Positions 12,035-21,604 of a stretch of DNA of 33,550 nucleotides are shown in pieces. The translations under genes and the position numbers were made by a program. The stretch is taken from assembly GCA_032718475.1 (NCBI GenBank), contig JAUCBJ010008649.1, forward strand, positions 1 through 33,550, given 5' to 3'. The DNA comes from Nemertoderma westbladi (lineage: Eukaryota > Animalia > Xenacoelomorpha). The notes beneath the pieces were generated by a model, which made no database searches, had not been told where the DNA came from, and saw only the letters and a program-made list of their open reading frames with translations. Every line of letters begins with the position of its first letter. Position 1 is the first letter of the stretch.

Positions 12035-12879
12035 CAGGGCCGTATTTAGGGGGGGGGGGGGGAGGGTCCAGGCCCCCCACCACAGGGGGCCCCCAACCAC
12101 GATCCCACAACTATAGTGATCGACGAACTATAGAGGAGCCGAACCGGAACCGAACTGAAACATCATAGAAATTTTGAATTTTGCTACTTATTTTTAACAA
12201 AATAAATGAAAGACACAAACAAAATATTTGAAAACAAAAAACAAATGAAATTTTTTTTTTTTCAGTTTTGATTTTTGCATTTTTTGATCAGATGTTTTTA
12301 TACTGATATAATCAGGAACATGCTTCAAATTTCTAATTTCCACGTCTAATATATACAGTAGCTGTATAGTGATGTGAGTTTTTCTGAAATGTCTTTTCAA
12401 GGAAATTTCCGGAAAAGTATTTTTCATCCGTAGTTACGACCACTAGAGGCAAAACAACGAACCACCTAAACATATATCTAAGCAAGAATCCCTTGTTTCT
12501 AGTGTTTTTTACTCTACTTGTGTTTTACTATATGTTTTCAGAATGTGCTAAATAAAGTAATTAAAAAATAGGAAATTTCCGGAAAATGTTTAGGAAATTT
12601 CCGGAAAAATGTATAGGACATTTACGATTATTTCCAAAGATTTTCTGACTCACATCCCTACTAATATATTTACATTCAGGTTTCTTTGAAAGGTATTTGC
12701 AATAAATATCTTGAAAAGTTAGGGTAATGGAAACGAGAGAAAATGTGTCTTTCAGTATAGTATAGTCTTTGAGATTCCTCGGCGCCCCGTAGGTGTAAAC
12801 CCCATACAGTAGAGCCCAGACCCAGTCCCCCCACCACTGACCCGGCCCCAGGCCACGCACCACTCTAAATCCGGCCCTG
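12035..12879. mobile_element. Non-autonomous hAT-superfamily DNA transposon (MITE-like, 845 bp)
   Basis: 15-bp TIR with one mismatch: CAGGGCCGTATTTAG (12035-12049) and CTAAATCCGGCCCTG (12865-12879). Perfect 8-bp TSD TATAATAC (12027-12034 and 12880-12887). GC-rich subterminal regions and internal GGAAATTTCCGGAAAA repeats; no transposase. Confidence 0.9.
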
Positions 12880-14264
12880 TATAATACAAAGTAATAATAA
12901 TTATCATAATCTATTATAGTTATCGATATCACTACCAAGTAATACATTTTCAAATAATTTATAGCAATAATTTGCCCTGTCTTGTATAGTACATACATTG
13001 GAATTGTTACGTTAACTCAAGTTTACAGTAGGTTGCTGTTCTGTAAATGTAAACAATACGTCAAAAACCCACAACCTTTATAATGCCCACAAATAAAACT
13101 ATAACTTGTTTGCTCTTGGCTCTCTTAAATTATTGTTTAGGCTAGAATTACCTGCCTTGGGCATCTATGAGGTAGGCCTAGTGATCAAATCTGTTGCCTT
13201 AAATACAAATCTATCCAGGTGTACTGTAGTGGGTTCGATCATTGCAAGGGGGCCATTTTCGTTTCGGCATGACCTTTATATTATAATTGTTTAAAGGAAT
13301 TCCTTAAATAATCGCTAAATGAGTACTAATTTTCTTGTGGACTATAAAGATGGCACTGTAACCTGCTCATTTCCCTTAATTGCTAATAACATTGAGCCCC
13401 CTTCTCTCTACAGGGTGTTACTATAGAACAGCTTTGGAAGATGATGTGGAACATTTTCCTCAATCTGCGATCAGATTGCTTACTTTCGTTGCACTTACTG
13501 CTACTACTACTACTGTACTTCAATCGACCATCGACCTGTTACACTACAGTACATTGAAGCTGCACATTGATATGCTTTAGTATGATGGCTTAACAAAAAA
13601 TATTTTTATTTTTTTAGGAAGAGTAGGATAGGAAGATTGTTTCGCTTCAAGTATCTTTTGTTTCGATAATCTTTCTGTTGGATTTTTTGAGATTTGTGAC
13701 TTTGGAGCCTTCATTGTCTTATTTTGAATAAAATCACCTGGTCGTAGTTAACAATTAAGTGCGGTGGCGCTGAGCGACTGAGTGGCCGGCGGCGGCCACT
13801 TTTGTAATCTTTTTTGTTTGTTTGCCCGACTTTTGCAATCTCGTTCTAATTTCGAACGACTTTACAAAACTCGGGAAACAAATCTAATTGGCTGGAGTGG
13901 TTTCTATATCAACGGGATATCCAATCAAGTTGTTTCCATAATTTAGCTTATCAAAATAGGAGACAGAAGCAAGTAATATATTTTGAAAATTTACAAACCA
14001 GCAAATTCGGTTCATTTCCCCAACGTTGAATAATAACTACTGTGGTGTAATTAGTGCAATTGCGCCGGTTGCACTTTTTCAAACGCCGATAGCTAAAGAA
14101 TGACAATGAAAATAAAAATACTGGCTCACCCAGTTAGTGGCCGGGAGGTGAAACTGTCTCTGTTTCAAATAATAATAATAATAATACTTTGTAATGTATA
14201 ATAATATTCAGTCCCGTCACACGTTATGAGTATAGCATAGAAAAAACTGTAAGCTCTATTAATG

Positions 14265-14352
14265 GGTTGCTTGTGCATGTGGATGACTCCTGCTACTGTA
14301 CCTGGGATCATGGATCCTGAAGTCAGATGAAGACCTTCGAATACGTAAGAGA
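14265..14352 (+). mobile_element. Short RTE-like LINE RT fragment, paralogous to ~25415-25500
   Basis: TGTGGATGAC...TGCTAC..CTGGGATCATGGATCC.GAAGTC.GATGAAGAC.TTCGAATACG aligns with the 25.4-kb fragment (VDD-x-YLGSWI...EDIRIRK). Confidence 0.7.
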
Positions 14353-14492
14353 AGGTGGCGCGACTGGAGCCTATAGAGAATTCTTAAACTACGTAAAGTG
14401 ACATTATTTGTCATTCATATCCATTCGGTTTATTATCTGACTATAGGGGCGCGCGGGTGATTAATTTATTTATTTAAATCACTCATGATGTC

Positions 14493-14790
14493 CTTTTTTT
14501 TACTTTTTATGTCCTCCAGAAATTTACCGTTAGGTTCCATGCTACCGGTTTCTCTACTGCTGTTCTCTCAGGCTATCAGTACCGGTATTACTTTTTTTTA
14601 CTTTTTATGTCCTCCAGAAATTTACCGTTAGGTTCCATGCTACCGGTTTCTCTACTGCTGTTCTCTCAGGCTATCAGTACCGGTATTAGTTTTTTTTTAC
14701 TTTTTATGTCCTCCAGAAATCTACCGTTAGGTTCCATGCTACCGGTTTCTCTACTGCTGTTCTCTCAGGCAATCAGTACCTGTATTAGTA
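14493..14790 (+). repeat. Minisatellite, three copies of 98-99 bp
   Basis: ATGTCCTCCAGAAAT...CTCAGGCWATCAGTACC recurs at 14509, 14607 and 14706, nearly identical. Confidence 0.95.
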
Positions 14791-15008
14791 TATAGAGCAC
14801 TATTTTGCAGTATTGCATGTACAGATGTAGGTAAAGCAGGTATTTTAGGTATTTTAGTACTGGTATCGGCACCGGTACTGCTGTAGGCCTTCTGTGTAGC
14901 CTACCATTAAAATACGGTAATGGCAGGCCTACCGCCGACCGGCTGACCGGTTGTGCTAATAAATTTTAAATAATTGATAGGCCAAACTGGATTGTGGAAA
15001 ATGTGAAT

Positions 15009-15205
15009 AGAAAATCCCGCCTCTGTAACCTGCTCCTTTCCCTCAATTAGTTATGTGATCGTTTATTGTTTTGGTTAAGAAATCCCGCCTCTGTAACCTG
15101 CTCCTTTCCCTGAATTGGTAAAGTGACCGTTTATTGTTTTGGTTAGAAAGGCCCGCCTCTGTAACCTGCTCCTTTCCCTCAATTAGTTAAGTGATCGTTT
15201 ATTGT
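15009..15205 (+). repeat. Three tandem copies of a ~68-bp unit of a dispersed repeat family
   Basis: CCCGCCTCTGTAACCTGCTCCTTTCCCT.AATT.GT.A.GTGA.CGTTTATTGT x3. Inverted copy at 28549-28616; partial copies near 11520-11560, 13356-13382 and 30142-30157. Confidence 0.9.
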
Positions 15206-15341
15206 AATAATAATAATAATAATAATTTATAATACTAATAATAATTTATAATAATAATAATAATTTATAATAATAATAATAATTTATAATAATAATAATA
15301 AATTTATAATAATAATAATAATTTATAATAATAATAATAAT
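15205..15341. repeat. (AAT)n microsatellite with a ~19-bp higher-order period
   Basis: TTATAATAATAATAATAAT repeated. The flank AATACTTTGTAATGTATAATAATATT is shared with 14183-14208. Confidence 0.9.
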
Positions 15342-15655
15342 ACTTTGTAATGTATAATAATATTTAATATTATTCACATACTGTAACTGTATAATAACCA
15401 TACCCAGATACCTGCAAACCAGCACTACCCACTACCGGACGCGGACAGCAAGCACTTCACTAAACCGCAGTACAGTCTGACAGTAGTACAGGACGTCGGC
15501 AGTTCATACTGTCATATACAGATATATAACTGTATAACGGTACTTAAGTTTTTTGCGCAATAATCAGTACCGGTCTGCCGGTATTGAATTATAGGCTTTT
15601 TAACAAAAAATACAGTTCTGCAGTTTGTATTTGACACCCAGAACCGGCGTAGACA

Positions 15656-16243
15656 ATGAGCGAGATAGAAGCAGCTGACTCACAGTCGACGATCCCCCAG
15701 TCCGCGATTCCGACGGCAGATTTCGTCGACGATGTCGAAAAATACATGTCGGACAAAGAGGGTGCAGACACGGTCATCCGACGTCTGGACGAGCTGCACC
15801 GAAAATATAAATTCCTCGAAATGAATTTACTACAAAAGAAGAAACGATTGAAAGCGCAATTACCCGATATTTCCAACACTCTAGAAATGATAAACTTTTT
15901 GCAGAAAAACCACACGCAAGATATTGAGACTCATTTCCAACTGTCCGAGTGCGTGTACGCGAGCGCCACGCTCCCCCCGCCGACAGACAAGGAGACCCAG
16001 AAGGTGTGTCTGTGGTTGGGAGCCAATGTTATGCTCGAGTACCCAATCCAGGAGGCTCAGGAACTGCTGAGTAAGAACCTCGAGCGAGCTCGGGCCTCTC
16101 TCGCCAAGGTCGGCGCTGATCTCGACTTTCTCCGCAATCAGTACACGGTTACCGAGGTGAACATGGCGAGGGTTTACAACTGGGATGTCCGGAGGCGGCA
16201 ACTCGAGAAGGGGGCTGCCGGAATCTCTGTAACTGATAAATGA
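15656..16243 (+). CDS. VBP1: Prefoldin subunit 3 (VHL-binding protein 1), 195 aa, intronless
   Basis: IPTADFVDDVEKYM...LDELHRKYKFLEMNL..KK.RLK.Q.PDI...KVCLWLGANVMLEY...DLDFLRNQYTVTEVNMARVYNWDVRRR; full length. Confidence 0.97.
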   Translation: MSEIEAADSQSTIPQSAIPTADFVDDVEKYMSDKEGADTVIRRLDELHRKYKFLEMNLLQKKKRLKAQLPDISNTLEMINFLQKNHTQDIETHFQLSECVYASATLPPPTDKETQKVCLWLGANVMLEYPIQEAQELLSKNLERARASLAKVGADLDFLRNQYTVTEVNMARVYNWDVRRRQLEKGAAGISVTDK

Positions 16244-17595
16244 GGGATGTGTTATTATTGAGCCTCAAACAGCTGTGATTAATTAGGTGTGATTGATTTA
16301 AACCATTGGTCTCTAACTTATTCGTACTAAAATCTATTGAATATTTTAGAAGTATTTTGTGCACAGAAACCAGCTCAAACTAATGAGCAGTGTTGCTCAT
16401 GATTTTAACTTTGGTCGTTTTGGTTTTGTTTGACTTAGATGATATTTCGTCGTGTTCTAAACTACAATTAAGACGGGCCTGTGAGATATAACCTTAACAA
16501 CTTAACCCTAAGTTTACGGCTGAATCGCTGAAAATATGCGAGCACTTTCCAAATTAACTTGTAATTGGAATTTTCTTTATGTGGTTGTTATTTCGATTGC
16601 CTTTTGAACTGAAATAATAATAACTATAAATCTATAAAAATAATGCCTTCGCTAATCACAAGGCGGTGATATCTAGACAGCCCGAGAATGTTGGCTTGAC
16701 CATCATTTCACGACCTACTGACTTACAACAATAGGAATAGCCATACTCATGGTTGGCTTTATGTGTGCTGTTGTTTATATTATTATAATATTGTGTATTT
16801 TTTATAATAAATAATCTTTCAGAGTTTATCCTTACCCTCGTGAGCTACTGGCGGCCAACAATAAAATGAATTAATTCGCTATTTCAATATATTAATCCAC
16901 AATTATTGATTTGCCATTAAATATTACGTTTACATTGTCTATTTTCACATCATTATTGGCTAATTATACCCAAAAGATTATATATGTTTTCATTATAACT
17001 ATAACATTAACCGTTTAGGCTACTCGCTGTGGAAAAGTAGCACAATCAGTGAGACCACAGAGTGTATTTTATTCTCTCCTAAATAAATGTGTATCAACGC
17101 TTTAAATTATCCTTTTCATTTAAGAATTAAGAATATTGATGAATTCCTCTTTTTTTTATGCTGTTAATAATGTAGCTGGCCGAAAAAAGTTTGGCGAGGA
17201 ATGATTGCATACCGGGCAACAATCAAAACTAAAAAAGGTACCCCAACTCCAGTGGTGGGGTGGGCTTTTTGTTAAATATGAAGAAATTACAGAAAAAGAC
17301 GTTAACATTACTTGATACGGGTCGGGTATTGTTTAATACATAATAAATTATTTCAGGCCTAGTTTGTATCAGATAATGTTACGTAAATTTATTGTCAAGT
17401 GCTTGATTCGAATGAATTTATAATTATGAATTGCTTTTTTCTAAGTTTGGCTAACTCCACAGCTTTTTATCACAAAGTGGACGTATTATTACAGCTCGGG
17501 GTGGGGGGGGGGGGGGGGGGGGGGTCGTGCATCAGCAGTGTTCAGCGCTCATGTTAAGCGCGCGCCATTCCATTTTCATCACATAACTAAATATA

Positions 17596-17685
17596 TATAT
17601 AAATGGTGCCACACCGCCACATTGCCACACCGCCACACTATTTGTATATAAATGGTGCCACACCGCCACACTGCCACACTATTTG
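17596..17685 (+). repeat. Short duplication containing GCCACAC micro-repeats
   Basis: TATATAAATGGTGCCACACCGCCACA...GCCACACTATTTG occurs twice in tandem. Confidence 0.75.
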
Positions 17686-17837
17686 CTTATTTGTCTGTAA
17701 TTGTCCTGTTGTGGTAGTTTGCCGATATCTTAATATTAAAGGACTCAACCCCATCTATGTAACTTTTTTATAATATAATAAAGCGAATGAATAAGATAAG
17801 GCGGCCAATATAATATATTCTATAAAAATGTAGTGTA

Positions 17838-18013
17838 AGTCAGGAAATGTAGTCAGTGTACCCGCAATCAGTCAGGGTAAATAGTCAGGAAATGTAGTCA
17901 GTGTACCCGCAATCAGTCAGGGAAAATAGTCAGGAAATGTAGTCAGTGTACCCGCAATCAGTCAGGGAAAATAGTCAGGAAATGTAGTCAGTGTACCCGC
18001 AATCAGGGAAAAT
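17838..18013 (+). repeat. 45-bp minisatellite, about four copies
   Basis: AGTCAGGAAATGTAGTCAGTGTACCCGCAATCAGTCAGGGWAAAT at 17838, 17883, 17928 and 17973; the last copy lacks 4 nt. Confidence 0.95.
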
Positions 18014-18116
18014 AGAAACAGAAATAAAGTGGCAACCCTGTGGTGGTATAACCTCAGTTCAATTTGTGAAAATAAATTATTGAATCTGATTTACAAAAGT
18101 AATTTCCATCCCAATA

Positions 18117-19304
18117 CTACAAAACAATATCACGTTCAGTTTCAGTAAAACTAAATTTACACAAGACCAATCGGAGAGGAAGTCTACGTTTACAATGACT
18201 GTACGAAGGGGTTTCAGTCCACGATAAAAAATATTCTAATTTCCTAATAATACCTCGGAGTTGTATTCGCTCAACTTTATTCCACCTTTCTTTATAAGCC
18301 ACTGTTTTTTCGAGAAGCGATTTGAGATGTTCTATGGCCCTTTCGGTCTTATCTAAACCCGATTCGACGCTATTTAGCAACGCCACGGAATCTTCAAGGA
18401 CAATCTTAGCGAAATCGAGAGTGTTTCGAGTTGTTAGAGACGACCCGGACCTCATCCAGCAGTCATGGGCCGCCGTTTCCGGGTCTCCAAAACTCGCGTT
18501 GCTACCCAACACGGCGGAGAGACGGACAACGCAGTCCACAATATCGGCGTGTCTGTCTGTGTCACCGTTAAACAAACGCATCCCGTAAGCATAGGAGAAG
18601 ACAACATTTACGATACTGTAGATAATGTCAGGATTGGGTTTAATTGACGAGAGATCCTCAATGGGGCGCCGTCTATGGGGTATCGAGGAATTATTATTGG
18701 CAAATTTAACTTTATTTGAAGATGAAAGTTTATCAACGCGAAATGAGTCTGAGTCGTTGACTTTAGTTTTGAAGGAAGAAGAGTTTATTTCATCTTTCGA
18801 ATCCACTTCAAAAATAATTTGTTTCCCTCCTCTAGCCCACCAAGGTTCATAGTCTACAACTAGTTTCCCGATATTTCCGACTCGTACAAGCTCATCGAAG
18901 GCTTGTTGTTCTTTGGTTGTCAAACACTCCCATAGTTTATCTGAATCCTTATCCAAATCGATATCTTCGATGCGTTCCATTAAACTTTTATCATCTTCAT
19001 CGTCGCTAACGTCCGCGTATAAGTAATCATCATCGCAGCAAAGTAGCTCGTCGTCTTCTAGGTTTTTAAGCATCGCCAAGGTTTTATTTTTAACCTCGTC
19101 CGTAACTGTGTAATCATTCCTCAGGGCGTCGGTGTAGCTTTCCTTATAGAAGGTCTCCGAACACTCTGAATGCCGTTCGTCCTTGTAACAGGTAATGCAG
19201 CAGTACTCGAGATGGCATTTGGGACAGGTATATTTCGCGAAATCTTTCAGACAAATTCTACATAATTGTGGGCTTCTTTCTTCAGTACCGGTATTCATGG
19301 TCAA
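18117..19304 (-). CDS. ZNHIT2: Zinc finger HIT domain-containing protein 2, 395 aa, intronless
   Basis: CRIC....AKYTCPKC.LEYC...CY....HSECSETFYKE; LWECLT..E..AF..LV..G; PWW; NVVFSYAY..RLFNGD; RKLEYFLSW. Confidence 0.92.
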   Translation of the reverse strand: MTMNTGTEERSPQLCRICLKDFAKYTCPKCHLEYCCITCYKDERHSECSETFYKESYTDALRNDYTVTDEVKNKTLAMLKNLEDDELLCCDDDYLYADVSDDEDDKSLMERIEDIDLDKDSDKLWECLTTKEQQAFDELVRVGNIGKLVVDYEPWWARGGKQIIFEVDSKDEINSSSFKTKVNDSDSFRVDKLSSSNKVKFANNNSSIPHRRRPIEDLSSIKPNPDIIYSIVNVVFSYAYGMRLFNGDTDRHADIVDCVVRLSAVLGSNASFGDPETAAHDCWMRSGSSLTTRNTLDFAKIVLEDSVALLNSVESGLDKTERAIEHLKSLLEKTVAYKERWNKVERIQLRGIIRKLEYFLSWTETPSYSHCKRRLPLRLVLCKFSFTETERDIVL

Positions 19305-19445
19305 TGCAATGATGCTGCTAATTGCTAAGGTTGTGAATCTTGTAATAATGTAAATTGTAAGTCCTGGCAGGGACAGCCGTATAATTTAGGCCTATTTACA
19401 ACTAGGCCTACAATGATGCGATGATATGTGAGTGCATAATTACTT

Positions 19446-19553
19446 AATTCGACTCTTATCAGCTTATGTCTTATATAACTAATGCACCAAACAGTACAGA
19501 ATTCGACTCTTATCAGCCTATGTCTTATATAACTAATGCACCAAACAGTACAG
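19446..19553 (+). repeat. 54-bp tandem duplication upstream of ZNHIT2
   Basis: AATTCGACTCTTATCAGCYTATGTCTTATATAACTAATGCACCAAACAGTACAG x2 (19446-19499 and 19500-19553), one mismatch. Confidence 0.95.
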
Positions 19554-20488
19554 CACTTTTATCAATTGATATCTAGTTGTTGATTAAAAAAAAGTTGGGA
19601 ACGATTCGATCGATGTACGATATTGCATATTATCAACATTATGGAACGCGAAATTAAATACCCACAACTAAACTTTGACAGCTGAATTACATTTCACTAA
19701 TTATTGTCAATTGGAGTTACGTATTTTAATTACAGTATATTGTTAATTATTGTTCTATTTGTAATCAGTCGATTAGAATAATGTCAAGCAGCACATTATT
19801 TACATTGTCGTATCTATAGGGCCTATTGTAAAGTAAATGCTTAGTATATGTTGTTTATATATCGATTAATCTAACAAAACCAGAAAACTAAGCCAGGGTG
19901 TCAGCCGGGTACCATCATTTTTTGTATAGACTCAATGGACGATTTCACAAATTTTCTTATGTCATAGGAGGCTCGTACATTATAAAATATTGGTTACTTC
20001 CGATATTTTTTATTAGGCTAACTGAGAATGTATTACTGTAGGAGGTAGAAATAATTTTGTTCTTTATTCAGATAGGGGGGGGGGGGGGGGGGGGGGGAGA
20101 CTGCACGCAATAAAAATTCATCCCTCTCCAGGGGAAATTGGACGCAAATAACAACTGATTATTTCCAACAATACAACTGTAACCTGTGTCCAGTTTCCCC
20201 CTGTCTCTCTTCATTTTATTTATCTAAACCAGTAAGATCCCTTCGCAGAATAAACTGCTCACACATCGCTCTAATTAATTGTGATTTTTATGCTTTTATT
20301 TTTATGCTTATGCTTTTATGCTTTTTATACTTCCTTAATAACATTCGTAAATAACTATTATTCCAAAGTTGTAACATTACTCAACGCCGTTAGTATTAAC
20401 AGCGAGTTGTTATTTCGCACTTTACAACCTTAGAGGACATTACATCATTGTATTGGCCTGAACAATTAGTATTGTATTTGGTGTTATC

Positions 20489-20525
20489 CGTTAAGTAATG
20501 TCCCCTTAGTGGACATTACTTAACG
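20489..20525. repeat. Perfect 15-bp inverted repeat with 7-nt spacer
   Basis: CGTTAAGTAATGTCC-CCTTAGT-GGACATTACTTAACG; related motifs near 20374 and 20435. Confidence 0.85.
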
Positions 20526-20820
20526 CCGTCATTGGTTACCACGTAAACAATAGGTGGAAATTTGCCTGACAGCCAGATAGGCCTACTGCATTACCTACCG
20601 GTAGGCGGGGTATAGCTATTAATAACCAGCAAGGCCTAGCTATATTATTATAACATGGCTCCAAACGCCACCATAATTATAAGCTAACTTATTTATAACA
20701 TAATTAATGTCATTTTTACATTTATTTATACAGCAACTAATATAATTTGTGCAGTTTCTATCACTTATGATGTACATGTACAATCATTTCGTAATGTTAA
20801 AATTTTGGAATAAAACTGCA

Positions 20821-20961
20821 TACATACTTGTTGGAAAGTACTTTACAGTGTTCTGATCCTCCCGGCTTTATTTTCACTCACTCACTAACGTTCGTTCGTG
20901 TAACAAAGCCACTCGGATCATCACACTGTAATTAAAGTGCTACTTTACACACAATTATGTA
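20821..20961. mobile_element. Imperfect ~140-bp foldback/MITE-like palindrome
   Basis: Left arm TACATA.TTG...AAAGTA...TACAGTGT..TGATCC....GGCTTT pairs with right arm AAAGCC....GGATCA..ACACTGTA...TACTTT...CAATTATGTA. Confidence 0.45.
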
Positions 20962-21456
20962 AATAGTTATTTTAATTAATTATTGGCAGTCACATAGAGA
21001 CAGGTGTGAGGTTTAAACTTTAAACGCATTTAACTCGGAATTATTATTTCTCGTTTTTTCCTACACTCAAAAGTCAAAATGTAAAAACGTCATTTTCTAA
21101 TAAATTCGTTTAAAATTTTCATTGAATGGTCTTGACATATTGACCAATAAGGTTGTAGACATAATTTTTGTTTTGGGCCGATAACTAATTTTGGGCCGGT
21201 TGATAAATAACTGCAGTGTAACTGGTGAAATATCCCCGAAGACACATTTTTCAAACGCTTGTAGCAAAAATACAAATTCTGACTCACCCAGGTAATTTAT
21301 CTCCATTCCATGCAATCTCATTAAGAATTTTCGAAAAATTTGGGGAGAGGAGGCAGGTACCTGAATAACGATACGATATTCCAGGACATGGTGTATATGG
21401 TGAGAACGAACTTCGACAAATATGTCAAACTAAAATCATTAATACGTAGTCGGAAT

Positions 21457-21487
21457 TCGGCACACCCATGAGATATGGGTGTGCCGA
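21457..21487. other. GC-rich perfect hairpin (13-bp stem, 5-nt loop) downstream of the kanadaptin stop
   Basis: TCGGCACACCCAT-GAGAT-ATGGGTGTGCCGA in otherwise very AT-rich sequence. Confidence 0.8.
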
Positions 21488-21604
21488 CATCATAAATAAT
21501 TCATAATTATTTTCAGAAACTAATTCATTTATAAAAATAAAAATAGTATAGTATACGATTTATTTAATATAAAGCAATATTATAATAATTAAAGGGTTAA
21601 AGGT

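Noticed and set aside
11968-12998. ORFs 11968-12168, 12194-12427 and 12561-12998 as a transposase
   Set aside because: Low-complexity translations across the hAT MITE with no DDE or BED motifs.
14607-14795. 62-aa ORF with an internal repeat
   Set aside because: Translation of the 98/99-bp minisatellite; the first unit is out of frame.
17503-17524. Poly-G/C runs (also ~12049, 20075 and 26977) as functional G-quadruplexes
   Set aside because: Simple homopolymers, partly associated with TE remnants, with lengths unreliable in assemblies.
18030-18040. hAT-like half TIR TGGCAACCCTG (and TCTAGCGCCGCCCCTG at 27009-27024)
   Set aside because: No partner TIR or TSD found, so an element cannot be delimited.
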